Shown piece after piece: positions 10,016 to 19,251 of a stretch of 33,591 nucleotides of DNA (position 1 is the first letter of the stretch; every line of letters begins with the position of its first letter). This DNA comes from Chloroflexota bacterium. Lineage in GTDB: Bacteria > Chloroflexota > Dehalococcoidia > SM23-28-2 > RBG-16-64-32. Under the pieces are notes generated by a model. It saw only the letters and a list, made by a program, of their open reading frames with translations. It was not told the DNA's origin and ran no database searches. The stretch is taken from contig JADFKG010000001.1 of assembly GCA_022565075.1 (NCBI GenBank), forward strand, positions 1 through 33,591, in the 5' to 3' direction. A program made the translations under genes and the position numbers.

Positions 10016-10384
10016 TTGACAAGCGAAGTTTTCAACGTCTATATCGCCGTCCTTATCGCCACGATCTTCGGCTTCGTGCTCGTCGGCTCAGCCCTCATCG
10101 GCAACCTTTTCCTCTCGCCGCGCCAGAAGAGCGCGCACAAAGGCGTCACCTACGAATGCGGCATGCTCCCTATCGGCCGCTCGCGGGCGCAGCTGCACTT
10201 TCGCTACTACTTGTTCGCCATCCTCTTCCTGATCTTCGACATCGAGGCCGTGTTCCTCTTCCCGTGGGCGGTCTCTTTCGTCGAGATTGGTGAGCAAGCC
10301 TTCTACGAGATGCTCGTGTTCATCGGCATTCTCGCTTTTGGGCTCCTCTACGCATGGAAGAAGGGCGTCCTCAATTGGCGCTAG
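10016..10384 (+). CDS. nuoA: NADH-quinone oxidoreductase subunit A
   Basis: Contains [28 protein letters not shown]. The start is uncertain. TTG 10016 lies downstream of GGGAGGA (9998-10004). The track ORF starts at 9965. Confidence 0.85.
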   Translation: MTSEVFNVYIAVLIATIFGFVLVGSALIGNLFLSPRQKSAHKGVTYECGMLPIGRSRAQLHFRYYLFAILFLIFDIEAVFLFPWAVSFVEIGEQAFYEMLVFIGILAFGLLYAWKKGVLNWR

Positions 10385-10394
10385 GAGAATCGCG

Positions 10395-11015
10395 ATGACC
10401 GACAAGCCAGAGATCGAAGTCTACGAGGTCCGCGACGACCCGCAGCTCAGCCGCTCGGACATCATATCGGGTGCTCTGCGTCGCGACGTCAAGAGCCTTG
10501 AACCAACGCCGGCCGATCCGACGCAGGGCAACGCCATGTACCGCCAGATCCTGCCCGGCATCATGCAGATGCCGGCCGACTGGCTGATCGCCTGGGGACG
10601 CAAGTCGTCGCTGTGGCCGCTGACGTTCGGCCTCGCCTGTTGCGCCATCGAGATGATCTCGACGTTCATGGCGCGCCACGACCTGGACCGCTTCGGCATC
10701 GTGCCCTGGCCCTCGCCGCGACAGGCGGACGTGATGATCGTCTCCGGCACCGTGACCAAGAAGATGGCACCCGCCGTCAAGCTGCTTTACGAACAGATGC
10801 CGAGCCCGAAGTGGGTGATCAGCATGGGAGCGTGCGCGACGAACGGCGGGCCCTATACCCGCTATGACCGCGTGCTGCAGGGCGTGGACAAGATCATCCC
10901 GGTGGACGTCTACGTGCCGGGCTGCCCTCCCCGCCCGGAAGCGCTGATGGACGCCTTCATGGCGCTGCAGAAGAAGATCATGGAAGAACGCGGCAAGATC
11001 GGCCGGAAGTCGTGA
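10395..11015 (+). CDS. nuoB: NADH-quinone oxidoreductase subunit B
   Basis: Internal ATG 10395 ([11 protein letters not shown]) preceded by AGGAGA. Fe-S N2 ligand motifs [28 protein letters not shown]. Confidence 0.95.
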   Translation: MTDKPEIEVYEVRDDPQLSRSDIISGALRRDVKSLEPTPADPTQGNAMYRQILPGIMQMPADWLIAWGRKSSLWPLTFGLACCAIEMISTFMARHDLDRFGIVPWPSPRQADVMIVSGTVTKKMAPAVKLLYEQMPSPKWVISMGACATNGGPYTRYDRVLQGVDKIIPVDVYVPGCPPRPEALMDAFMALQKKIMEERGKIGRKS

Positions 11016-12097
11016 CGTCCAACGGATCCGCAGGACAACAGGCCGTACAGGAGGCACCGCCAGAGCCCGGGCCGCTGGCCAGGCTTCTGCAGGAGCTTCT
11101 TCCCGGCGTCGGCTTCGCGATAACGGAGACGCCGCTCGACGAAACCGTCACCATCAGCCGCGACGACTTCTCAAGGGTGATGGAGACGCTCAAGGGTCAT
11201 GAGCGCTTGCGCTTCGACTACCTCCGCTGCCTCTCGGGCGTCGACTACCTGACGGAGCTGGAGACCGTATACCACTTCTATTCGTTCGAGCACGGGCACA
11301 AGCTCGCCGTGAAGGTGCGCTGCCCGTACGAAGACCCGCACGTACCCACGGTGAGCCACCTGTGGACCACCGCCAACTGGCATGAGCGCGAGACGCACGA
11401 GATGTACGGCATCGTCTTCGACGGGCACCCGGACCTGCGCCCACTGCTCACGGAAGAAGGCCTGGGATACTACCCCCTGCGCAAGAGCCACCCGCTGGCC
11501 GACATCGAGGAGTGGCAGGAAGGTTACCTGAAAGCGATCGACGAAGCGAAGCGGCAGGCGGCGGCGTCAAGCGGCGAAGCTCCGCCGCCGATGTCCAAGG
11601 TGGAGATCGCGCAGGCCAAAGGGAAGTTGATGAAGGAAGCGCGCGACAAGGCCCGCGCCGATGGCCTGTCGCCGGAAGACGAGAAGGCGGCGGTGCGCGC
11701 CGCGATCGAAAAGTTCAACGAAGACCTCAAGTCGGGACAGGCGGGCGCCGGCGCTGCGGCTCCACCGCCCATGTCGAAGGTCGAACTGGCGCAGGCCAAG
11801 GCCAAGGTGATCACCAAGGCCCGCAACGAAGCCCGCGCCAAGGGCATGTCCACCGAAGACGAGAAGAAGTTCGTGGCCGAGGCGCTGAAGAAGTTCTCGG
11901 CGGAGCAGGCTGCAGGCGGCGCCCCCGCGGCGGCGGCCCCGAAGAAGGAGCTGTCGAAAGTCGAACTGGCGCAGGCCAAGGCCAAGGTGATCACCAAGGC
12001 CCGCAACGAAGCCCGCGCCAAAGGCATGTCTACCGAAGACGAGAAGAAGTTCGTAGCCGAGGCGCTGAAGAAGTTCTCGGCGGAGCAGGCGAGCTAG
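11012..12097 (+). CDS. nuoC: NADH-quinone oxidoreductase subunit C with an approximately 195-aa repeat-containing C-terminal extension
   Basis: GTG 11012 overlaps the nuoB stop (GTGA). The N-terminal ~165 aa form a typical 30-kDa subunit ([26 protein letters not shown]). Residues 191-361 are three 60-aa Lys/Ala/Glu-rich repeats. Confidence 0.9.
   Translation: MTSNGSAGQQAVQEAPPEPGPLARLLQELLPGVGFAITETPLDETVTISRDDFSRVMETLKGHERLRFDYLRCLSGVDYLTELETVYHFYSFEHGHKLAVKVRCPYEDPHVPTVSHLWTTANWHERETHEMYGIVFDGHPDLRPLLTEEGLGYYPLRKSHPLADIEEWQEGYLKAIDEAKRQAAASSGEAPPPMSKVEIAQAKGKLMKEARDKARADGLSPEDEKAAVRAAIEKFNEDLKSGQAGAGAAAPPPMSKVELAQAKAKVITKARNEARAKGMSTEDEKKFVAEALKKFSAEQAAGGAPAAAAPKKELSKVELAQAKAKVITKARNEARAKGMSTEDEKKFVAEALKKFSAEQAS
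11582..12094 (+). repeat. In-frame tandem repeat, 3 x 180 nt, inside nuoC
   Basis: Units start at about 11582, 11762 and 11942. Units 2 and 3 are near-identical over 139 nt (11772-11910 vs 11952-12090), with 4 differences (11779, 11842, 11851, 11875), all in third codon positions and synonymous. Unit 1 is diverged but alignable ([35 protein letters not shown]). Confidence 0.92.
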
Positions 12098-12099
12098 CG

Positions 12100-13239
12100 A
12101 TGGCCACGACCGACTACACGATCCCGGGCGAGCCCGACCTCGAGACGATCGATATCAACATCAACGTCGGGCCGCAGCACCCGGCCACGCACGGCGTCTT
12201 TCGCATGGTGCTGACGGTCGACGGCGAGCTCGTGACTGACGTCGACCCCGTCATCGGCTACATGCACCGCGGCAACGAAAAGCTGCCCGAGAACTGCGAC
12301 TACCGCCAGGTGATCGGCTACCACGACCGCACGGACTACCTGGCGCAGTTCAACACCGAGCATTGCTTCGTCGAAGCCGTCGAGAAGCTCACTGGCATCA
12401 CGCCAACGGAGCGCTCGCAGTACATCAGGGTGATTCTGGCGGAGTTGAACCGCATCACGAGCCATCTGATGTTCTTCGGCGCCTTCAGCACGGATGTCGG
12501 CATCTTCGGGACGGCGTTCATGTACGCCTTCCGGGACCGGGAGTACGTGCAGGACTTCTTCGAAGAGATCACCGGCGAGCGGTTGATGTACAACTACTTC
12601 CGCCCCGGCGGCCTCGCCTGGGACGTTCCGGACAACTTCCGTGAGCGCTGCACGCAGATCATCGGTCAGATCAACAGCGGCCTGAAGGACCTGGAGGGCC
12701 TGCTGGTCGACAACGAGATCGTGCTGACGCGCTGCCGCGGCCTGAGCCGCGTGAGCATCGAAGATGCGATCAACTGGGGTCTCAGCGGCCCGCTCCTCCG
12801 CGCTACCGGCCTCGAGTACGACCTGCGGAAGGCCGAGCCGTACTCGATCTACGACCGTTTCCAGTTCGATATCCCGACCGGCGAGAACGGCGACGTCTAC
12901 GACCGTTTACTCGTCCGCTTCGAGGAGATGCGGCAGTCAGTGCGCATCGTCGAGCAGGCGCTGGCGGACATGCCGGACGGCCCGATCATGGCGGAGGGCA
13001 TGAAGCGCACGCTCCGGGTGCCGGAGGGCGAGATCTACATGCGCGTGGAAGGCCCTCGCGGCGAGTACGGTGTCTACATCGTCGCCACCGGCACCGACAA
13101 GCCCTACCGCCACAAGGTGCGGGGGGCCTCGTTCAGCAACCTCTCAGCGCTGCGGGCGATGTCTGTCGGCAACTACCTCTCAGACGTGATCATCATCCTC
13201 GGCTCGATCGACATCGTCCTCTGTGAGGTCGACCGCTAG
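12100..13239 (+). CDS. nuoD: NADH-quinone oxidoreductase subunit D
   Basis: ATG 12100 (MATTDYTIPGEPDLETIDININVGPQHPATHGVFR). The upstream 196 codons of the track ORF are off-frame nuoC. 379 aa. Ends ILGSIDIVLCEVDR. Confidence 0.95.
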   Translation: MATTDYTIPGEPDLETIDININVGPQHPATHGVFRMVLTVDGELVTDVDPVIGYMHRGNEKLPENCDYRQVIGYHDRTDYLAQFNTEHCFVEAVEKLTGITPTERSQYIRVILAELNRITSHLMFFGAFSTDVGIFGTAFMYAFRDREYVQDFFEEITGERLMYNYFRPGGLAWDVPDNFRERCTQIIGQINSGLKDLEGLLVDNEIVLTRCRGLSRVSIEDAINWGLSGPLLRATGLEYDLRKAEPYSIYDRFQFDIPTGENGDVYDRLLVRFEEMRQSVRIVEQALADMPDGPIMAEGMKRTLRVPEGEIYMRVEGPRGEYGVYIVATGTDKPYRHKVRGASFSNLSALRAMSVGNYLSDVIIILGSIDIVLCEVDR

Positions 13240-14357
13240 TGTTCCTCCTTGCGGATAACGTTTGGCTCGACGCCTTCCTGCGGATGGCGATCGTCGCCGT
13301 ACTCGTGCCCGTCGGCGTGATCCTGCTGACCTGGGTGGAGCGCAAGGTCATCGGCCGCCTGCAGCAGCGGCTGGGGCCGATGCACGTCGGCCCGTACGGC
13401 CTGCTCCAGGGCCTCGCCGACACGATCAAGCTGATGACGAAAGAAGACGTGCGCCCCGACAGCGCTGACCGGCCGACCTTCGAGCTGGCCGTGTTCGTCA
13501 TCGTTGTGCCCGTCTTCATGGCCGCCGTGGCCATCCCCTTTACGTCTGACATCTTCGTGCGCAACATGGCGCTCGGCCTTTTCTACTTCCTCGCGGTGTC
13601 CAGCCTCGGCATCGTCGGTTTCGTGATGGCCGGCTGGGGCTCCGACAACAAGTACGCGCTTCTGGGCGGCGTGCGCGCCGGCGCACAGCTCATCAGCTAC
13701 GAGATCCCGCTGATCCTGTCCGCAGTCGCGGTCGCCATGCTGGGCCAGAGCCTCAGCCTCTACACTCTCGTGGAGCTGCAGGACAACACACCGTTTATCG
13801 CCTACCAACCGCTGGCGTTCGTCATCTTCGTGATCGCCGGCCTGGCGGAGCTTTACCGGCAGCCTTTCGACATACCGGTCGCCGAGTCGGAAGTCGTCGG
13901 CGGCCCGACCGTCGAGTATTCGGGCATCCGCTGGTCGATGTTTCAGATGGCAGAGTTCGTGAGCCTCGTCCTGATCTCGGCGTTGGCTTCGCTGATCTTC
14001 CTGGGCGGCTGGATCTGGCCGTTTAGCGCGGACAACGCCACGTGGCTACAGATCGCCCTCATGGCCACCAAGACATCAGCCTTCATCCTATTCTTCATGT
14101 GGATGCGCGTGACTGTGCCCCGGCTGCGCATCGACCAGCTGATGGCGCTGTGCTGGCAAATCCTGTTGCCCTTCGCCTTCCTGCAAATCATAATCAACGG
14201 GCTGGTGCTGGTTTACGATTGGCCGACCTGGACGCTGACGATACTCTCCGGCGCCGCCACGATCGCCATGGGAACGCTGATCTATTATGTCTCGCGCCGC
14301 TCAGGCGTCCTCTACCAGACGTCCGGCGCGGCCCAACGGGTGGGAAGTGTGCTCTAA
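13239..14357 (+). CDS. nuoH: NADH-quinone oxidoreductase subunit H
   Basis: GTG start shares one nt with the nuoD stop. Contains ERKVIGRLQQRLGP, polytopic membrane profile, EYSG..W..F.MAEF. Confidence 0.95.
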   Translation: MFLLADNVWLDAFLRMAIVAVLVPVGVILLTWVERKVIGRLQQRLGPMHVGPYGLLQGLADTIKLMTKEDVRPDSADRPTFELAVFVIVVPVFMAAVAIPFTSDIFVRNMALGLFYFLAVSSLGIVGFVMAGWGSDNKYALLGGVRAGAQLISYEIPLILSAVAVAMLGQSLSLYTLVELQDNTPFIAYQPLAFVIFVIAGLAELYRQPFDIPVAESEVVGGPTVEYSGIRWSMFQMAEFVSLVLISALASLIFLGGWIWPFSADNATWLQIALMATKTSAFILFFMWMRVTVPRLRIDQLMALCWQILLPFAFLQIIINGLVLVYDWPTWTLTILSGAATIAMGTLIYYVSRRSGVLYQTSGAAQRVGSVL

Positions 14358-14914
14358 TGCTGGGAATCCTCAAAGCGCTGAAAACGACGCTCCAGGCAGC
14401 CATGCGCAAGCCGGTCACCGTCCAGTATCCGAAGGAGAAGAAGGAGCTACCGCACCGCTCGCGCGGACTACCGGTGCTTCTCTGGGACTTCGATGTGGAC
14501 GAGCCGTTCTGCACCGGCTGCCAGGTCTGCGCCCGCGCCTGTCCCGTCGACTGCATCACCGTGACGATGAAGGACAACCCGAAGAAGGCCGCGGGCAAGA
14601 GCAAGCGCAAGAAGATCGTGGAGCACTTCATTCTCGACTACGCGCGCTGCATGCGCTGCGACATCTGCGTTGAGGTCTGCAACTTCGACGCGATCGTGAT
14701 GAACAACACCTGGGAAGGCGTCGAGCTTGCCACCTATGACCGCCAGAACCTGGTCCTGGACGCGGACGCCCTGCTCAAGCAGTCGCGCACGGGCCAGCTC
14801 AAGGATCCGTTCCGCGAGCCGATGGGCGTGGCGCACTCCGGTTGGTCACCAAAGGTTGAGGAAAAAGAAGAGGCGGAGGAGACCAAGGTGAGCGAGGAAG
14901 GCGGCGAGGGGTAA
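14357..14914 (+). CDS. nuoI: NADH-quinone oxidoreductase subunit I (2x[4Fe-4S] ferredoxin-type)
   Basis: Internal Met (residue 106 of the track ORF) gives MLGILKALKTTLQAAMRKPVTVQYP. It overlaps the nuoH stop (TAATG). Contains CTGCQVCARACP and CMRCDICVEVCN. Confidence 0.93.
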   Translation: MLGILKALKTTLQAAMRKPVTVQYPKEKKELPHRSRGLPVLLWDFDVDEPFCTGCQVCARACPVDCITVTMKDNPKKAAGKSKRKKIVEHFILDYARCMRCDICVEVCNFDAIVMNNTWEGVELATYDRQNLVLDADALLKQSRTGQLKDPFREPMGVAHSGWSPKVEEKEEAEETKVSEEGGEG

Positions 14915-14945
14915 AACCACAGTTGGAATGTAACCGCACCTCCGT

Positions 14946-15443
14946 ATGACGTACGAAGAAGCGATCTTCTACGTTATCGCCGCAGTCACTGTCGCCGGCA
15001 GCCTCGGCGTCGTCACCGCCCGCAACGTCATCCACTCAGCGCTCTTCCTGATCCTGGCGCTGCTCGGCGTCGCTGCCGTCTACGTGCTGCTGGCTTCGGA
15101 GTTCCTGGCGATCGTCCAGGTGCTCGTCTACGGCGGCGCCGTCACTATCCTCATCCTCTTCGCGATGATGCTGACTCGCGTCCGCGACATCGGCGGTCCC
15201 ATCGACGGCCCGCAGCGACCGTTCGCGGCGCTGGCGGCGACGGTGTTCCTCGGCACCACGGTCCTGGCCGTCACTCAGACCGAATGGCGAGGCGACACGG
15301 ACGAGGCGACGGTCGTCACGATCAACGAGATCGGCGAGGCGCTGTTCACGACGTGGGCGATGCCCTTCGAGATCGCCTCGCTGGTGCTGATGGTCTCCCT
15401 CGTCGGCGCGATCGTCCTGGCGCGAGGGGAGGAGGGGGAATGA
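14946..15443 (+). CDS. nuoJ: NADH-quinone oxidoreductase subunit J
   Basis: 165-aa hydrophobic ORF with VQVLVYGGAVTILILFAMML, at the expected position in the operon. Confidence 0.9.
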   Translation: MTYEEAIFYVIAAVTVAGSLGVVTARNVIHSALFLILALLGVAAVYVLLASEFLAIVQVLVYGGAVTILILFAMMLTRVRDIGGPIDGPQRPFAALAATVFLGTTVLAVTQTEWRGDTDEATVVTINEIGEALFTTWAMPFEIASLVLMVSLVGAIVLARGEEGE

Positions 15444-15748
15444 TCCCGATCGACAACTTCCTCGTGCTTTCGGCGATCCTTTTCTCGCTCGGCATGTACG
15501 GAGTGCTGGCGCGCCGCAACGCCGTGCTCATCCTGATGAGCGTCGAGCTGATGCTGCAGGCCGTGGCGATCAACTTCGTCGCTTTCGCCGTCTACTTGTA
15601 CCCCGAGACGTTCACTGGGGTCATCTTCGCGATCTTCGTCATCGTCATCGCCGCGGCCGAGGTGGGCCTCGCACTGGCGATCATCCTGCGCCTGTTCCGC
15701 AACCGCCAGATAACCAACGTCGACGAAGCGGACTTGCTGAAGTGGTAG
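15440..15748 (+). CDS. nuoK: NADH-quinone oxidoreductase subunit K
   Basis: Internal ATG 15440 (MIPIDNFLVLSAILFSLGMYGVLARRNAV) overlaps the nuoJ stop (ATGA). 102 aa. Contains SVELMLQAVAINF and AAAEVGLALAI. Confidence 0.93.
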   Translation: MIPIDNFLVLSAILFSLGMYGVLARRNAVLILMSVELMLQAVAINFVAFAVYLYPETFTGVIFAIFVIVIAAAEVGLALAIILRLFRNRQITNVDEADLLKW

Positions 15749-15822
15749 CGAGAAGAGACAGGGGCTCACGCCCCGCGCCTGCCACCTGTGGCCTGTCGCC
15801 TGTCCCGGGGGGCGGTGCCTAA

Positions 15823-17742
15823 GTGGGTATGGACCAGGCCTGGCTGATCCCGGCTATCCCGGCCGCCGCTTTCGTCATCCTGCTGATCTTCGGGCCGTAC
15901 TTGCCGCGCAAGGGCGACTGGCTCGCGATCGCGGCGATCGGCGCCTCGTTCATCCTCGTCTTCCCGCTGCTCGCAGACCTCCTCGATCAGGCCGACGGCG
16001 CGACGTACGTTGCCGGCGAGAGGGCCTGGGAGTGGCTCTCCTTCGACCTTTCGGGCGTCGGCGAGACGTTCGAGATCGAGATCGGCTTCTACGTCGACCC
16101 GATCACGATCGTCATGCTGGCGGTGGTAACGCTGGTCGCGCTGATGGTGCAGGTGTACTCCATCGCCTACATGAAGGGCGACTCGCGCTACGGCTGGTAC
16201 TTCACCGCCATGAGCCTGTTCGCGGCGTCGATGCTAACGCTCGTGCTGGCGAACAACCTGCTTCTACTCTACGCAGGGTGGGAGGCCGTGGGGTTCTGCT
16301 CGTTCCTCCTGATCGGCTTCTGGTGGGAGAAACGCTCGGCGGCGGAAGCGGCGAAGAAGGCGTTCATCACGACACGAATCGGCGATGTCGGCCTCCTCAT
16401 CGGCATCATCATGCTCTGGCTTGAGGGGCCCAACACCTTCAACATCCAGGAGATCATCGCCTTCGCGCAGGAAGGCGGCTACGACAGCACTTACCTGACC
16501 GCAGCCGTCCTGTTCATGTTCATGGGGGCGCTCGGCAAGTCGGGTCAGTTCCCGCTGCACGTCTGGCTGCCAGACGCGATGGAAGGCCCGACGCCCGTCT
16601 CCGCGCTGATCCACGCCGCGACGATGGTGGTCGCCGGCGTCTACCTCGTGGCCCGCATGCTGCCGTTGTTCGAGGTAGCCGATCCGATCGCGCTGGACGT
16701 CGTGCTCGTCGTCGGCCTGACGACGGTGATGATCTCGGCGACGATGGGCCTGGCGGCGACCGACATCAAGCGCGTCATCGCCTACTCAACGCTGAACTCG
16801 CTCGGCCTCATGTTCGTCGCCCTCGGTTCGAGCGCCGTGACGGCGGCGATGCTGTACCTCTTCGTGCACGGCTTCTTCAAGGCGCTGCTCTTCCTCGGCG
16901 CGGGCTCCGTGATCCACGCTACGGAGGAGCAGGACATGAACCGCCTGGGCGGCCTGGCCAAGAAGATGCCGGTCACGGCGGCTATGTTCGCTATCGGCAC
17001 CCTGGCGATGATCGGGATCATCCCGTTATCGGGCTTCTGGGCCAAGGACGAAGTGCTCGTCTTCGCCAATGAAGAGCAACCCCTCATCGTCTACCTGGTG
17101 CTCCTCTCGAGCCTCGTGATCACCGGGCTCTACATGACGCGCCTCTTCGTGCGGACGTTCCTCTTCGCGCCGCGCGACCAGGGAGTCTACGACCACGCGC
17201 ACGAAAGCGGGCTGCTGATCACCGTCCCGTTGCTGATCCTCGGCCTGCTGGCGACGGTCGCTGGCTTCGTCGTCTTCGACGAGGTGGGCGAGGCGCTCGG
17301 CTTTCCGGGCGGCATCGCTCAGTTCGTCTTCCTGCGCGAGGCGCACGAGTTCGAGTTCCACCTCGACACGGCGATCACTTCGACTGTGCTCGCCGGCGGC
17401 GGCGCTGTAGCCGGCTGGATCCTCTGGCAGAACAAGGCAGAGTTGGCGGCGAGCGTCCGCGACAGGTTCGCGCCGATCGCGACGCTGCTGGCGAACCGCT
17501 ACTACATCGACGAAGTCTACCAGTTCGCGATCGACCACATCGTGCTCGGGGCGGGCACGGTTGTCGCCTGGTTCGACCGCGTCGTGGTCAACGACGGTGG
17601 CGTGGGCGGCTCCGCGAAAATCGGTTACCTCGCCGGCTTCGAGGCCAAGTTCCTGCAATCCGGCCGCCTCCCGAACTACGCGCTGGCGATCGTCAGCGGC
17701 ATTCTCCTCCTGTCGATCGTAATGCTGGTGGCACTGGTTTAG
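15823..17742 (+). CDS. nuoL: NADH-quinone oxidoreductase subunit L (antiporter-like)
   Basis: 639-aa ORF with YAGWEAVGFCSFLLIGFW and GKSGQFPLHVWLPDAMEGPTPVSALIHAATMV. GTG at 15823 or ATG at 15829 could be the start. Confidence 0.93.
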   Translation: MGMDQAWLIPAIPAAAFVILLIFGPYLPRKGDWLAIAAIGASFILVFPLLADLLDQADGATYVAGERAWEWLSFDLSGVGETFEIEIGFYVDPITIVMLAVVTLVALMVQVYSIAYMKGDSRYGWYFTAMSLFAASMLTLVLANNLLLLYAGWEAVGFCSFLLIGFWWEKRSAAEAAKKAFITTRIGDVGLLIGIIMLWLEGPNTFNIQEIIAFAQEGGYDSTYLTAAVLFMFMGALGKSGQFPLHVWLPDAMEGPTPVSALIHAATMVVAGVYLVARMLPLFEVADPIALDVVLVVGLTTVMISATMGLAATDIKRVIAYSTLNSLGLMFVALGSSAVTAAMLYLFVHGFFKALLFLGAGSVIHATEEQDMNRLGGLAKKMPVTAAMFAIGTLAMIGIIPLSGFWAKDEVLVFANEEQPLIVYLVLLSSLVITGLYMTRLFVRTFLFAPRDQGVYDHAHESGLLITVPLLILGLLATVAGFVVFDEVGEALGFPGGIAQFVFLREAHEFEFHLDTAITSTVLAGGGAVAGWILWQNKAELAASVRDRFAPIATLLANRYYIDEVYQFAIDHIVLGAGTVVAWFDRVVVNDGGVGGSAKIGYLAGFEAKFLQSGRLPNYALAIVSGILLLSIVMLVALV

Positions 17743-17745
17743 CGC

Positions 17746-19251
17746 ATGGAATTTGTACTTCTCGCGCTGATCGTGATTCCGCTGGCCGTCTGCCCGCTGT
17801 TCATGCTGATCCCTTCGCAGTACCCGCAGCTGTCGCGCTACCTGGCGGCGCTGGCCGGTGGCACGCTCTTCGCGCTATCCGTGCTCCTCTTCGCCGCCTA
17901 CGAGTTCGATGGCGGCAGCGGCCTGCGCTATGAGCTGCAGTGGGTCTGGCTGGAGAACATCGGCTTCCTGGGCGAGAACGGAATCACGTTCTACCTGGGG
18001 CTCGACGGCATCGGCGCGCCGCTGGTGTTGCTGAACGGCGTCGTCATCTTCGCGGCGGTGTTCGTCTCCTGGAACATAGCGAACCGGACGAAGGACTTCT
18101 TCGTGCTGCTGTTCCTGCTCGTCGCCGGTGTCTACGGCGTATTCATCTCGCAGGACCTCTTTTTCTTCTTCTTCTGGTACGAGGTAGCCGTGCTGCCGAT
18201 GTTCTTGCTGATCGCCGTCTGGGGCGCCAGCAGCGAGTTCAAGACGTTCGCCCGCACCAAGGAATACGGTGCGATGAAACTGACGATGATGCTCGTGGGC
18301 GGCTCCGTGCTGGTCTGGGTCGCCATCTTCGCGCTCTTCGTCGAGGCCGGCGCCGGTACCTACGACATGACGGTGCTGAGAGAGGCCGCGCTGGACGAAG
18401 ACTTCCAGAAGGTGGTGTTCCCGCTCTTCATGGTCGGCTTCGGCGTGCTTGCCGGCATGTGGCCCCTCCATACGTGGTCGCCCGACGGCCATGTCGCGGC
18501 GCCGACGGGCGTCTCGATGCTGCACGCCGGCGTGCTGATGAAGCTGGGCGCCTTCGGCATTCTGCGCGTTGGCATGACGCTGCTCCCGGAGGGCGCGGAG
18601 TTCTGGGCGCCCGTCCTGATGGCGATCGGCGTCACAGGGGCGGTCTACGGATCTATCTCGGCGCTGGCCCAGACCGACCTCAAGTACATGGTCGGTTACT
18701 CCAGCGTCAGCCACATGGGCTTCGTGCTCATGGGCCTGGCCAGCATGAACGAGATCGGCGTCAACGGCGCGGTGCTCCAGATGTTCGCGCACGGTGCGAT
18801 GACGGCCCTCATGTTCACCAGCGTCGGCGCCCTCTACGACCAGGCGCACATCCGCGACATGACGCAGTTCGGCGGCATAGCAAAACCGATGCCGCGCCAC
18901 ACCGCCTTCTTTACGATCGCCGGCTTATCGTCGCTCGGCTTGCCGGGCCTGGCCGGGTTCGTCGCCGAGTTCCATATCTTCGTCGGCGTCTTCGAGGCCG
19001 GTTACTGGTGGGCCGGCGTCCTTGGCATCCTCTCGGCGGCGATCACGGCGACGTACATCTTGCGCATGCTGTCCAGGGCCTACTTCGGCCCGCTTAACGA
19101 GAAGTGGGCCGGCCTGAAGGAGATGCGCCTCGGCGAGCAGTTCGCCGCGGTGCTGCTGATAGCGATGATCCTCCTCATGGGCCTCTGGCCGGCGCCGTTC
19201 ATCAACCGCATCAGCGAAACGGTTGAGATGATTCCGGGGATCGCGGGATGA
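17746..19251 (+). CDS. nuoM: NADH-quinone oxidoreductase subunit M (antiporter-like)
   Basis: 501-aa ORF with WPLHTWSPDGHVAAPTGVSMLHAGVLMKLG and GYSSVSHMGFVLMG. Confidence 0.93.
   Translation: MEFVLLALIVIPLAVCPLFMLIPSQYPQLSRYLAALAGGTLFALSVLLFAAYEFDGGSGLRYELQWVWLENIGFLGENGITFYLGLDGIGAPLVLLNGVVIFAAVFVSWNIANRTKDFFVLLFLLVAGVYGVFISQDLFFFFFWYEVAVLPMFLLIAVWGASSEFKTFARTKEYGAMKLTMMLVGGSVLVWVAIFALFVEAGAGTYDMTVLREAALDEDFQKVVFPLFMVGFGVLAGMWPLHTWSPDGHVAAPTGVSMLHAGVLMKLGAFGILRVGMTLLPEGAEFWAPVLMAIGVTGAVYGSISALAQTDLKYMVGYSSVSHMGFVLMGLASMNEIGVNGAVLQMFAHGAMTALMFTSVGALYDQAHIRDMTQFGGIAKPMPRHTAFFTIAGLSSLGLPGLAGFVAEFHIFVGVFEAGYWWAGVLGILSAAITATYILRMLSRAYFGPLNEKWAGLKEMRLGEQFAAVLLIAMILLMGLWPAPFINRISETVEMIPGIAG

Noticed and set aside
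11582-12094. Regularly spaced 180-nt repeats considered as a possible CRISPR-like or satellite array.
   Set aside because: The period is exactly 60 codons and in frame with nuoC. There is no repeat/spacer alternation, and the differences are synonymous. It is a coding tandem duplication.
11512-12099. 196-codon N-terminal extension of the nuoD ORF, with its own internal repeat ([20 protein letters not shown]...).
   Set aside because: It is the +1 frame of the nuoC tandem repeat. The repeat in this frame simply mirrors the DNA repeat. NuoD starts at 12100 with a canonical N-terminus.
15749-15822. 74-nt nuoK-nuoL spacer with a GGGGC-TCAC-GCCCC hairpin and repeated CCTGT(C) motifs.
   Set aside because: The stem is only 5 bp, with no U-tract. 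The motifs are short and GC-biased. I could not support an attenuator or sRNA call from sequence alone.
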